A stretch of DNA of 35,399 bases, taken from assembly GCA_017555665.1 (NCBI GenBank), contig JAFZFY010000190.1:1-35399 (forward strand), written 5' to 3'. This DNA is from Pseudomonadota bacterium. GTDB taxonomy: Bacteria; Myxococcota_A; Bradymonadia; UBA4248. Below are positions 8,024 to 17,441 of this stretch, piece by piece. A program made the translations under genes and the position numbers. Every line of letters starts with the position of its first letter. Position 1 is the first letter of the stretch. A model generated the notes under the pieces. That model saw only the letters and a list, made by a program, of their open reading frames with translations. It was not told the origin of the DNA and made no database searches.

Positions 8024-9355
8024 ATGGCCGTATTAAAAGCAGCAATACCCAAGGGCACGCGCGATTTTCTGCCGCAGCAGATGCGCCAGCGCCACCGCGT
8101 GATGGATGTCATACGCAAAGTCTATGAGCGCCACGGGTTTTCCCCGATAGAAACGCCCGCCATCGAGAATATCGAGACCCTGATGGGCAAATATGGCGAA
8201 GAAGGCGACCAGCTTCTGTTCAAGATATTGATGCGCGGCGCGAAAGCGGCTTCCGGCATGTGCGATCTCGGCCTTCGCTATGATCTGACCGTGCCGCTGT
8301 CACGGTTCGTGGCGATGCATCAGAACGATATCGGCCGCATTTTCAAGCGGTATCAGATTCAGCCCGTGTACCGTGCCGACCGTCCGGGTCACGGCCGTTT
8401 CCGAGAGTTTTATCAGTGCGACATCGATATGATCGGCGCGAGCGCGCCGCTTCCGGAGATTGCGCTGCTTCAGGCAGTCGGCGATGTCTTCGCGGAGCTG
8501 AAGTTTGACGGCATCTGCATTCATATCAATGACAGGCGCATCCTGCGCGCGATGATCGAGGTATGCGGCATCAGCATCGAGCAGGAGACGACCGCGATCA
8601 CCGCGATCGACAAGCTGGACAAGATCGGCCGCGAAGGCGTTGAAAAAGAGCTGACCGAACGCGGCATCGCCGCCGGGAGCGCCGCGATGCTGCTCGACAT
8701 GATCGCTGCCAAGCCTTCGAATGACGAGACACTCGCGAGCCTGGAGTCGCTCTTTGCCGAAAAGCCGGAAGCGCTCCAGGCGGTATCCGAACTGCGCGTG
8801 ATCGTCGATGCGGCGCAGCATTTCGCAAGCGCGCCCGCGATCCGTGTCAGCCCGGAACTCGCGCGAGGGCTCAACTATTATACCGGCGCGATATTCGAGA
8901 TTCAGGCGGAAGGCCTGGGGTCGAGCATCGCGGGCGGCGGGCGTTACGATCACCTGATCGGCATGTTCTCCGGTCGTGATATCCCCGCTGTCGGCATCAG
9001 CCTGGGTTTCGAGCGCATCTGCGTGATCATGCAGGAACGCGGCATGTTTGACGATGTCAGCTGCGATGTCGATGTCGTCGTGGCACCCGCTGTTGCCGGC
9101 GCGCTGCACGCGGCAACGTCATTTTCCGATCGCGTCCGCGCGCTCGGATTCTCTTGCGAGCTCTATCCGGGTTTCGACAAACTCGCCAAGCAGTTCAAGT
9201 ACGCCAATGAACGCCATGCGCGCTATGTCGCGGTGTTCGGAGAGGACGAGCTGGGCGCAGGCGCCGTGACCCTCAAGGATATGGCCATCGGCGAGCAGAA
9301 AACAGGCGCGGTGGAAAGCCTCAGGGCGGAAGACGGAAGGCTCGTGGTCGGATGA
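8024..9355 (+). CDS. hisS: Histidine-tRNA ligase
   Basis: 443 aa. N-terminal KGTRDFLP motif, class II aaRS motifs (RYDLTVPLSRF; FREFYQCDIDMIG; GGGRYDHLIGMF), and a C-terminal anticodon-binding region. Confidence 0.95.
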   Translation: MAVLKAAIPKGTRDFLPQQMRQRHRVMDVIRKVYERHGFSPIETPAIENIETLMGKYGEEGDQLLFKILMRGAKAASGMCDLGLRYDLTVPLSRFVAMHQNDIGRIFKRYQIQPVYRADRPGHGRFREFYQCDIDMIGASAPLPEIALLQAVGDVFAELKFDGICIHINDRRILRAMIEVCGISIEQETTAITAIDKLDKIGREGVEKELTERGIAAGSAAMLLDMIAAKPSNDETLASLESLFAEKPEALQAVSELRVIVDAAQHFASAPAIRVSPELARGLNYYTGAIFEIQAEGLGSSIAGGGRYDHLIGMFSGRDIPAVGISLGFERICVIMQERGMFDDVSCDVDVVVAPAVAGALHAATSFSDRVRALGFSCELYPGFDKLAKQFKYANERHARYVAVFGEDELGAGAVTLKDMAIGEQKTGAVESLRAEDGRLVVG

Positions 9356-9367
9356 TGCGGATGATCT

Positions 9368-9432
9368 GCGCGGCGTATCGACAGATAGCCGCGCACCGAA
9401 GGCGTATTGCGATGAAATCGCAATAGCCTTCG
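9368..9432 (+). repeat. REP-like palindrome doublet
   Basis: GCGCGGCgTAT-cgacag-ATAGCCGCGC (9368-9394) and CGAAGGCgTATTGCGAT-gaa-ATCGCAATAGCCTTCG (9397-9432). They share a base GGCgTAT...ATAGCC with a bulged G and have a variable stem tip. Confidence 0.75.
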
Positions 9433-9546
9433 ACACATGAAAATTAAAATACTTGTAATTTTATGTGTGCAATTTATATTGTGCCGCCCTGATTTTGCCT
9501 GTCGGCAGGGTATACCCTCAATTTCTCAATTTTGGAGAAGCTCAAT

Positions 9547-11355
9547 ATGCTTCAGGACTTAAGAGATCAGAAGAATTCGTGGCTGATCGTTCTTCTGTTT
9601 GGCATCATTATCATCGTGTTCGTGTTCATGTTCGGCCTCCCGAGCATGGATTCATCGTGCAAGTCGAACTCGCAGGTCGAGCTTGCGACAGTCGGTTCGC
9701 ATGATATCGGCTATGAGATGCTTCGCACGATGATCTATCGCTATTACGATGACAATATCCTGAGTTCGCCCCAGTATCCGGCATTTGCCGAGCAGCTCGT
9801 CAAGAATATCGCCCTCATTTATCTGCTTGCCGATGAGGCGCGTGAGGCGGGCCTGCGCGTGAGCGACGCGGATCTCCAGGACTATATCACGAACTGGGAA
9901 TCGGGTAACTCGGATGTCATCCAGCAGCGTTTTCTCAATAACCAGAACAAGTTCTCGTCGAAGAATTACGAGAACGCGCTCAGCCGTCTCTCGATATCGA
10001 AACGCGATTACGAGAATTTCAAGCGCGAGGAGCTTCTGGCGCGCCGTTACCTGACGCTTCTGGCATCGTCGATCAGCGTGTCGGAGGAATCGCTCTGGCA
10101 GCAGTACGCGGCTGATAACGATGCGGCGACGATCGAGATCGTCCGCCTGACGGCTGCGGAAGTCGGCATGACGTTCAAGCCGCTCACGGATGAAGAACTC
10201 GCCGGTTTCGAGGTCAGCAACATGGCCGATATCGACAAGTATTATAACGAGCATCTTGGCGATTACACGACGCCTGCCAAGGCAAAGCTCCAGCAGGTCA
10301 CGATCCAGAAAAGCCTGACGAACGTGAAGAATCCTGGCGAGAAGACGATCACGACGTATCTCTCTGCCGAGCGTTTCGCGATCGCGCGGGCGAAGATCGT
10401 CGACGACAAGCTCGATTTCGATCAGGCGTTTGTCGATTACGACGAGTCGGATAACAAGGATGCGAAAGGCATGACCGCGCTCCTGAGCATCGAGATCATG
10501 GCGGATGAGATCCGCGACGCGCTCGAAGGCAAGAAGGCCGGCGACATCATCACGGCGGAACTCGCCGACCGATATGTGATCGCCAGAGTCGTCGAGCAGA
10601 CGGACAAGATCGTGACGCCGCTCAACGAAGTCAAGCGCGATATCGCCGCCAAGGTCATGAACGACAAGCGGATCAGCGCGCGCATCGACGAGGCCGCGAA
10701 CACCATCCTGACGCTTGCAAAGAACGGCCAGACGCTGGCAGATGCGCTCAACGCGAGCCTTTATGCGAACGTGCTGGAAGAAGCGCCTGTTGCCGCGCCT
10801 GCACCCGAAGCGCCTGCGGATGGCACGGCCGATGGCACGCCTGCTGACACGACGGACGGAACGCCCGCGCCTGCAGCTGTCGAAGCGCCTGCGCCTGTCG
10901 CGGCCGATCAGGTCATCGTTTCCGGTGCTGACCGCATCCAGGTCAAGACGCTCAGCGACATCGCGACAAATACAGGCTTCATCATGGGGCTCGGCATCAA
11001 TGACGACCTGGCGCGTGATATCCGCGGCGCGTCCGAGAACACGGTGCTTCCGAAGGTCTATCCTGTCGGTCAGGACATGGTCATCGCGCGCGTCGTCTCG
11101 AAGAAAGGCGCCGACCGTGCGGCATTCGCGGCAGAGCTTCCCACGCTCCGCGAGACAGCGATCGCGTCCAAGACGCTCCAGCTCATCGGCGATCCCGACG
11201 AGATCCTGGGCATGGGCGGCAGGTACGGTTTCTGGATCGAGCAGAAGCTGAATGCCGCGCTGGTGTCCAAGAAGCTCACGATCAACGAGGATTATTTCGC
11301 AAGAGAGCGCAATCGCCGCGAGAAAGCGGCCAGGGAACGCGCCGAAGGCAAATAG
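9547..11355 (+). CDS. PpiD/SurA-like periplasmic chaperone (peptidyl-prolyl isomerase family), membrane-anchored
   Basis: N-terminus MLQDLRDQKNSWLIVLLFGIIIIVFVFMFG is typical of PpiD-type anchors. The length is right for a SurA-N-like chaperone architecture. It carries an Ala/Pro/Asp-rich low-complexity insert. I prefer ATG 9547 (GGAGAAG Shine-Dalgarno upstream) over the track's TTG at 9532. Confidence 0.65.
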   Translation: MLQDLRDQKNSWLIVLLFGIIIIVFVFMFGLPSMDSSCKSNSQVELATVGSHDIGYEMLRTMIYRYYDDNILSSPQYPAFAEQLVKNIALIYLLADEAREAGLRVSDADLQDYITNWESGNSDVIQQRFLNNQNKFSSKNYENALSRLSISKRDYENFKREELLARRYLTLLASSISVSEESLWQQYAADNDAATIEIVRLTAAEVGMTFKPLTDEELAGFEVSNMADIDKYYNEHLGDYTTPAKAKLQQVTIQKSLTNVKNPGEKTITTYLSAERFAIARAKIVDDKLDFDQAFVDYDESDNKDAKGMTALLSIEIMADEIRDALEGKKAGDIITAELADRYVIARVVEQTDKIVTPLNEVKRDIAAKVMNDKRISARIDEAANTILTLAKNGQTLADALNASLYANVLEEAPVAAPAPEAPADGTADGTPADTTDGTPAPAAVEAPAPVAADQVIVSGADRIQVKTLSDIATNTGFIMGLGINDDLARDIRGASENTVLPKVYPVGQDMVIARVVSKKGADRAAFAAELPTLRETAIASKTLQLIGDPDEILGMGGRYGFWIEQKLNAALVSKKLTINEDYFARERNRREKAARERAEGK

Positions 11356-11359
11356 GTTT

Positions 11360-11392
11360 AAAAAAACGCTGACATTGTCAGCGTTTTTTTTT
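11360..11392 (+). terminator. Rho-independent terminator after the PpiD-like gene
   Basis: A-run, CGCTGAC-attg-GTCAGCG, then T9. It is symmetric and could act in both directions. Confidence 0.75.
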
Positions 11393-11407
11393 AGTCATAT
11401 CCCGTTT

Positions 11408-11477
11408 CCGCCGCCTATGCCCTTGCGGGCATACGGCTGCGGCGCGCGTCTATTGCCTTGCGGCAATACGCCGCGCG
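11408..11477 (-). repeat. REP-like palindrome doublet (inverted orientation)
   Basis: Reverse complements read ...GCCgTATGCCC-gcaa-GGGCATAGGC... and ...GGCgTATTGCC-gcaa-GGCAATAGAC.... Same family as 9368-9432. Confidence 0.7.
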
Positions 11478-11500
11478 ATCTTTCTGTCTGTTCCGGGGAT

Positions 11501-13567
11501 ATGGCTATGGCTAAAATACATGTGCTTTCGCAGGCGCTTTCCAATCAGATCTCGGCTGGCGAGGTTCTCGAAAGGGCATCGAGCGCCGTGAAGGAGCTCG
11601 TTGAAAATTCATTGGATGCGGGCGCGACGGCGATCGAGATAGAGATCGATGACGGCGGCAGGAAGCGGCTGCTTGTCTGCGACAATGGCTGCGGCATGAC
11701 GCAGGAGGATGTGCAGCTCTCGATCCTTCGCCACGCGACATCCAAGATCGAGAAGACGGAAGATCTCGCTGCGATATCGACGATGGGTTTTCGCGGGGAG
11801 GCGCTGGCATCGATGGCGGCCGTGTCACGGATGACGATCACGACGCAGCGGCCGGGCGACGAGATGGGGACGCTTCTTCGCGTGGAAGGGACGGAAGTCG
11901 TCGAATGCCGCGAGACGGCTGCGCCTGCCGGCACCCAGATCGTCCTGGAGGATTTGTTTTTCAACACGCCTGCGCGCCTCAAATTCCTCAAGACGGCGGC
12001 GACGGAGATCCGCCGTGTGTACGAGGTCGTGGAGCAGTTCGGGCTGGCATGCCCCGAAGTGAGCTGGAAGCTCACGGTGGACGGGCGCGTCAAGTGCGAC
12101 TGGCCGAGCCACCGGACGCTGCGCGAGCGCGCCCTGGCGATCTTCGGGCGTTCCCTGTACGACAACCTGTTCCCGATCGTGCGCACGACGTACCAGGACA
12201 TCACGGTGGACGGGCTTTTCGGCTCGCCGGAATACCTGCAGTCGACTGCGGGCAGGATCTATACGTATGTGAATCGGCGCGTCGTGAAAGACCGGATGGT
12301 CAATATGTCGATCAGCCGTGCGTATCGAGAGTTCCTCCACGGCAAGCAGCCGTGCGTCGTGCTGTTCCTGACGCTTCCGCTCAGCCTAGTAGATGTGAAC
12401 GTGCACCCGACGAAGAGCGAGGTCCGTTTCAGGGAGCAGGATGTCGTGTTCCACGCGGTGTATCGCGCGCTTCGGCAGTCCCTGGAGCAGACCCCGTGGA
12501 TCCGCAGCATCGACGGCGCGGCGCGTCAGTCCGTGCCGCCGAAATTTTTTGAGATGCTTCCGGATGCGGCATTCCGCACGCCTGAAGATAACCTGTGCCG
12601 TGACTTCGGCCTCGTGCCGCATTATCCCGGCGCGGAGACGGGCGGCAGCGCGGCTCTGGATGCGGATCTGGCGGAGATGCCGTCGCCGGACACGGCTGGA
12701 TCCGCCGCGCGTGATGCGCGCGTGGCGCGCGAACTGAGCGTTTTCGATGCGGATATCCCGAAGCCCTCTGCCTGCGCCTCTTCCGGCAGCCCCTCTGCCT
12801 GCGCCTCTTCCGGCAGCCCCTCTGCCTGTGCCGCGCCTGCGCGCGAATCCGGCGATGACATCGAAGAACCGGCATGGAGGCTCCAGCCCGTGACGCCGCG
12901 CCCCGATCCGCCGCAGCAGCGCGAGCTTCCGCTGGAAGGCCAGACGGCCGCGAAGGGCTATTTCTCCAGCCTGAAATATATCGGCCAGCATGCGCTGACT
13001 TATCTGATCTGTGCCGACGGCGATGCGCTCGTGATCATCGACCAGCATGCGGCGCATGAGCGCATCAATTACGAGCGTCTTCGGGAAGTGTGCGAGAATA
13101 TCCTGCCGTCGTCATCGCAGATGCTCCTGTTCCCGATTTTGCTGCAGCTCGACACGCGATTGTCCGATGTGCTTGAGGAATATGCCGGTTTTTTTGAAAA
13201 GCTCGGCTTTCAGTTCGACGCGCTCGGCAGCAATTCACATGCGATCCGCGCGGTGCCGGACTGCCTGAACGGGTACGATTACACGGCGCTTCTCCGCGCG
13301 GCGCTGACCGAGCTGGCGGATAACGGGCGTTCCGGGCAGTTCGAGGCCATCCGGGACAATATTATCGCGACGATGGCGTGCCACAGCTCGATCCGTTCGG
13401 GCCAGAAGATGTCCCCCGACGAGGTCCGCGAGCTTCTCAGGCAGATGGACGAGACGGCATTCCGCTCGAACTGCCCGCATGGCCGGCCAGTCCATTTCGT
13501 GTGCACGGCATCGGAGCTTGCGAAGCGGTTCCTCCGGATCGGCTATAACGGGCTTGGAGGCGTTTGA
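11501..13567 (+). CDS. mutL: DNA mismatch repair endonuclease MutL
   Basis: MAMAKIHVLSQALSNQISAGEVLERASSAVKELVENSLDAGAT (GHKL ATPase N-terminus), MGFRGEAL, and the C-terminal dimerisation/endonuclease region (DQHAAHERINYE; ACHSSIRSGQ; CPHGRP). The track ORF start at 11252 overlaps the upstream gene and REPs, and I reject it. Confidence 0.93.
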   Translation: MAMAKIHVLSQALSNQISAGEVLERASSAVKELVENSLDAGATAIEIEIDDGGRKRLLVCDNGCGMTQEDVQLSILRHATSKIEKTEDLAAISTMGFRGEALASMAAVSRMTITTQRPGDEMGTLLRVEGTEVVECRETAAPAGTQIVLEDLFFNTPARLKFLKTAATEIRRVYEVVEQFGLACPEVSWKLTVDGRVKCDWPSHRTLRERALAIFGRSLYDNLFPIVRTTYQDITVDGLFGSPEYLQSTAGRIYTYVNRRVVKDRMVNMSISRAYREFLHGKQPCVVLFLTLPLSLVDVNVHPTKSEVRFREQDVVFHAVYRALRQSLEQTPWIRSIDGAARQSVPPKFFEMLPDAAFRTPEDNLCRDFGLVPHYPGAETGGSAALDADLAEMPSPDTAGSAARDARVARELSVFDADIPKPSACASSGSPSACASSGSPSACAAPARESGDDIEEPAWRLQPVTPRPDPPQQRELPLEGQTAAKGYFSSLKYIGQHALTYLICADGDALVIIDQHAAHERINYERLREVCENILPSSSQMLLFPILLQLDTRLSDVLEEYAGFFEKLGFQFDALGSNSHAIRAVPDCLNGYDYTALLRAALTELADNGRSGQFEAIRDNIIATMACHSSIRSGQKMSPDEVRELLRQMDETAFRSNCPHGRPVHFVCTASELAKRFLRIGYNGLGGV

Positions 13568-13787
13568 AACAGGCGTGCGCCGGCGTCTGCCGGCATAAAA
13601 GAATAAAAGTTGGGAATTTTTGGACAAATAAGAATTACAATCGTGGAGTGATGTGTTAGGATAAAAGATGTAGAGTGTTATAGCTTTGCTTTTGAACGCA
13701 GATCATGGAGGAGAGAGCGGAGCTAAGGATGATCGTTTGTGATCTGTTTTTGTTGACGGACCCGATGGGCAGCTAAGGAGAGATGGC

Positions 13788-13979
13788 ATGTCAGAGTGTG
13801 ATTACGATGAGCTTTCGGTGTGGCAGGACGTTCTAGATGAAGTCATGAATGGTCATGTAGACGGCTTGGTCTGTCCATTTTGCGAGAAGAAAGCGATAGA
13901 AGTGGATACAGAAGGGGCCTCGATCAGCATCAAGTGTACGGAATGCGGCCGGTGGATAGAGGGTCAGAACGCGTTCTGA
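13788..13979 (+). CDS. Small Zn-ribbon protein (63 aa), first gene of the baseplate module
   Basis: CPFC...17 aa...CTEC pattern, AAGGAG Shine-Dalgarno 7 nt upstream, and 19 nt before the gp25-like gene. Confidence 0.6.
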   Translation: MSECDYDELSVWQDVLDEVMNGHVDGLVCPFCEKKAIEVDTEGASISIKCTECGRWIEGQNAF

Positions 13980-13998
13980 GAAATGGGGGCAGAAATCA

Positions 13999-14403
13999 AT
14001 GATAAACAGTAAGATCATAGGAAGCGGATTTTCGTTTCCAATGCAGATTGATGCTCTTGGCGGAACGGAGCTGAGTTCGGACAACGACAACATTCGCCAG
14101 AACATGATGCTGATATTGGGCACGGCTCCGGGAGAGCGTATGTGTCGTCCGACATTCGGATGCGCGATACACGATATATTGTTTGAGCCGAACACGCTCG
14201 TGACGGCGGCGAAGATCGAGTACGAGGTCAAGAAATCGCTTCTGGAATTCGAGCCTCGCGTATCAGATCTTGAAGTACATGCAGCGCCTGACGACAGCGA
14301 GCTGAGCCGCATGAATGTGACGATTTCATACACGATTCGCAAGACGAACACGAAGGCGAATCTCGTTTATCCGTTTTATCTTCGCAAAGAGGGAGAAGTA
14401 TGA
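13999..14403 (+). CDS. GPW/gp25-family baseplate wedge protein (TssE/Afp9-like)
   Basis: 134 aa. SGFSFPMQIDALGG...IRQNMMLILGTAPGERMCRPTFGCAIHDILFEP...EYEVKKSLLEFEPRV matches the gp25/GPW pattern. ATGA overlap with the next gene. Confidence 0.85.
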   Translation: MINSKIIGSGFSFPMQIDALGGTELSSDNDNIRQNMMLILGTAPGERMCRPTFGCAIHDILFEPNTLVTAAKIEYEVKKSLLEFEPRVSDLEVHAAPDDSELSRMNVTISYTIRKTNTKANLVYPFYLRKEGEV

Positions 14404-17400
14404 TTCCATTACCGAAACTGGACGACCGCAAGTGGGAAGATCTCGTCCGCGAGGCTGTAGAGCTGATACCAAAATACTGCCCGGAATGGACAAACCACAA
14501 CGCGGCAGACCCTGGTATAACGCTGTTAGAACTCTTTGCATGGCTGATCGAAGTTCTCCTTTATCGTTTGAACCGTGTCGGCGATAAGAACTATCTGGCA
14601 TTTCTGAACCTGATGGGGATTGATCTTCAGCCGCCGCAGCCATCGCGTGTGCAGCTGACGTTCAGCCTTGTATCGGGCGCGCGCAACTATCAGGTGGTTC
14701 CTGCGGGCACGAGCGTGGCGACGAATTACAAGAACGACGAGCCGCCTGTCGTGTTCGAGACGCTTCGTGACCTTGTTGTGCTCCCGACATCGATCGTGCG
14801 TTGCTTTGGTCAGTTTCACGATATTTATGCGGACAATACGCCGTATATTTACGGCCGCCCCGGGCAGTCGTTTGAAGTCTTCATGGGCTGCCAGCGCATC
14901 GAGCGTTATCTTTACTTCATGGACAGCCGTCTGGAGGTGCTCAGCGAGGAAGCGCTTCTGATCATCGGCGCGGAGACGCCGAACAGCCCTGACAGCGATT
15001 TCCCGACGCTGTGTGAATGGGAATACTGGAACGGGCACCGCTGGCGCGAGCTTGAAGCGTCGACGCAGGAGCTTCCGATCGGCTGGGTGGCGTTCAAGGG
15101 CGTTGACGGCATGGAAGAGACGACAGTCAACGATGTCAAGGGTCTTTGGATCCGCGCGCGTCTCGTGAATGTTCCTCAGAATCAGGACATGACGAGCCTT
15201 GAACGTCTCAAGATGCGCATCGAGATCCTGGGCGAGGGCATCCTTCCGGACAGCGCGATCACGCAGACGCCTGCGGATGATTTTGTGCCCGCAGACCTTT
15301 CAAAGAATTTCTTCCCGTTCCACAAAGAGCCGGCCGTGGACAGCGCGTTCTATATCGGCAACGACGAGCTTTTCGGCCATGAAAATGCGCGTATCCGCAT
15401 CGATTTCGAGCTTGCGGACGGCATCGCGGTGTCAGGCATGAATCCCTCGACGGATCTCCAGGTCGTCTGGGAATATTATGACGGTCGCCAGTGGCAGAAG
15501 ATCGGCATCGTCACCCCGAAGGGTGTCGAGGATTCGCTCAAGGGCATCGAGTTTGACGATTCGACATACTGCTTCACGCGTAACGGGACGGTGAGCTTCA
15601 CGGTGCCGGAGGATATGTCGAAAGTGGAAGTGTCCGACCAGGAAGCGTATTACGTCCGCGCGCGCATCCTCAAGGGCGATTACGGCGTTCCGGGCATGTA
15701 CATGCTCGATGGCGACAAGTGGGCATGGTTTGACGAGCGTCCGCTTCGGCCGCCTCAAATGAAATCAGTCCGCCTGAAATACGAGGAAGCGAGCCAGACG
15801 CCGCAGCTGGTCCTGACATATAACGATTTCCGGTATGAGGATGTGACGGCGCCGCTTTCGGAAGACCTCTCGACGACGCAGGTGTTCGAGCCGATTCCTG
15901 ACGAGAATCCGTCGATGTATTTCGGCATGAACGGCCCGTTCCCGAATGAGCGCGTCCAGGTGTATGTCCACGTCCTGACAAAGACGAGCGCGACGCTTGA
16001 GCGCAGCCGCGAGGACGCGAAATTCCTGCGCAACTACTATCGCAAGATGGAAGAAGAGTATTTCGGGAACAAGAAACTTGCCTGGGAATACTGGAACGGC
16101 CGCGAGTGGGCAGACCTGAATGTGACGGACGGCACGCGTGCGTTTACGGAATGCGGATATCTTGAGTTCATGGGACCGAAAGATATGGACGTGACGCGCA
16201 AGTTTGGCGAGAACCTTTACTGGATCAGGGTACGCCTTGAGATGGGCGGTTATGAGGAGCTTCCGCGTATCGACCACATCCTGTTCAACACGGTGGAAGC
16301 TGTGAACCGTCGCACGATCAATTACGAGATCATCGGCACCGGCCGTGGCACGCCGAACCAGGTGTTCAAGTTCCTGAACGCGCCAGTGCTTGAGGATGAG
16401 GAGATCTGGGTGCGTGAGAAGGAACGTCCTCGTGACGAGGAGATCACGGCGCTTCAGCAGCAGTATGGCACGAAGCCGTTCATGTATGAGGACACGCGTC
16501 TTGGCGGCTGGTGGGTGCGCTGGGAGAACGTGGACAGCTTCTTCCTGTCGAATGAGCGCAGCCGTCATTACCGCCTTGACCGCCTTTCCGGGCGTATTCA
16601 GTTCGGTAACGGCACGCGGGGGATGATGGTGCCTCTGATGGATCAGAACATCCGCACGAGCCACTATTGCATCGGCGGCGGCGTGAGGGGCAATATCGGT
16701 GTGAACCAGGCGACAACGATCCGTCAGGCGATTGCGTATATCGACGGCGTGACGAACCACTATCCCGCCGCAGGCGGCAGCGATGTGGAGTCGATCGAGG
16801 CCGTGAAACAGCGCGGGCCGTATGTCATCAAGAGCCGTTATCGTGCTGTGACCCAGGAAGACTTCGAGGTGCTCTCGCTTCAGAGCTCGAACGCGATCGC
16901 GCGTACATGCTGCCTGCCTGCAACGGAGCAGGAAGGCGCGGTGTGCATCATCGTCGTGCCGAAGTTCGACCAGGAAAAAGAAGAATATGACAAGAAGCTT
17001 GTGCCGACAGCAGAGCTGCTTCGCCGCGTGAAGGCCTATCTCGACGAGCGCCGCCTTGTGACGGTGCGCGTGAACGTGGAACGCCCGCAGTACACGGAGA
17101 TCAGCGTGTATATGGAGATCATCCGTACCTCGACCGGCGCAAGCGATCGTCTCAAACGCGATATCAACCGCGCGCTGAGGCGTTTCCTGCATCCGATCGT
17201 GGGCGGCCGCGACGGGCATGGCTGGAAGTTTGGACGCAGCGTTCTCAAGGTCGATCTCTATCACATTGTAGAGGAAGTGGACGGTGTCGAGTTCGTCGAT
17301 AAGCTTCAGATCCTCGATGAGGATCGCGGGATTTTTGTCGATCAGATCAAGCTCAGTCCCAAGGGGCTTCCGTTCCTTGTGAACGTGGATATCACGGAAA

Positions 17401-17423
17401 AGACGCGCGAGCGCGTCCTGTAA
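14400..17423 (+). CDS. Baseplate J / gp6-like baseplate assembly protein (1007 aa)
   Basis: The N-terminus LPKLDDRKWEDLVREAVELIPKYCPEWTNHNAADPGITLLELFAWLIEVLLYRLNRV resembles, from memory, the putative baseplate assembly protein family of tail-like clusters. The C-terminal part AVTQEDFEVLSLQ...CIIVVPK...RVKAYLDERRLVTVRVNV is gpJ-like. Translationally coupled to gp25. Confidence 0.85.
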   Translation: MIPLPKLDDRKWEDLVREAVELIPKYCPEWTNHNAADPGITLLELFAWLIEVLLYRLNRVGDKNYLAFLNLMGIDLQPPQPSRVQLTFSLVSGARNYQVVPAGTSVATNYKNDEPPVVFETLRDLVVLPTSIVRCFGQFHDIYADNTPYIYGRPGQSFEVFMGCQRIERYLYFMDSRLEVLSEEALLIIGAETPNSPDSDFPTLCEWEYWNGHRWRELEASTQELPIGWVAFKGVDGMEETTVNDVKGLWIRARLVNVPQNQDMTSLERLKMRIEILGEGILPDSAITQTPADDFVPADLSKNFFPFHKEPAVDSAFYIGNDELFGHENARIRIDFELADGIAVSGMNPSTDLQVVWEYYDGRQWQKIGIVTPKGVEDSLKGIEFDDSTYCFTRNGTVSFTVPEDMSKVEVSDQEAYYVRARILKGDYGVPGMYMLDGDKWAWFDERPLRPPQMKSVRLKYEEASQTPQLVLTYNDFRYEDVTAPLSEDLSTTQVFEPIPDENPSMYFGMNGPFPNERVQVYVHVLTKTSATLERSREDAKFLRNYYRKMEEEYFGNKKLAWEYWNGREWADLNVTDGTRAFTECGYLEFMGPKDMDVTRKFGENLYWIRVRLEMGGYEELPRIDHILFNTVEAVNRRTINYEIIGTGRGTPNQVFKFLNAPVLEDEEIWVREKERPRDEEITALQQQYGTKPFMYEDTRLGGWWVRWENVDSFFLSNERSRHYRLDRLSGRIQFGNGTRGMMVPLMDQNIRTSHYCIGGGVRGNIGVNQATTIRQAIAYIDGVTNHYPAAGGSDVESIEAVKQRGPYVIKSRYRAVTQEDFEVLSLQSSNAIARTCCLPATEQEGAVCIIVVPKFDQEKEEYDKKLVPTAELLRRVKAYLDERRLVTVRVNVERPQYTEISVYMEIIRTSTGASDRLKRDINRALRRFLHPIVGGRDGHGWKFGRSVLKVDLYHIVEEVDGVEFVDKLQILDEDRGIFVDQIKLSPKGLPFLVNVDITEKTRERVL

Positions 17424-17441
17424 TCGGCCTAAGGAGAAGCC

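Noticed and set aside
11252-11500. N-terminal 83-aa extension of mutL proposed by the track ORF.
   Set aside because: It overlaps the 3' end of the PpiD-like gene, its terminator and two REP palindromes. The conserved MutL N-terminus begins at ATG 11501.
13705-13776. 23-codon upstream ORF (MEERAELRMIVCDLFLLTDPMGS) whose stop overlaps the Shine-Dalgarno of the first module gene.
   Set aside because: It has no recognisable Shine-Dalgarno of its own and nothing supports translation. I kept it only as a note under the boundary finding.
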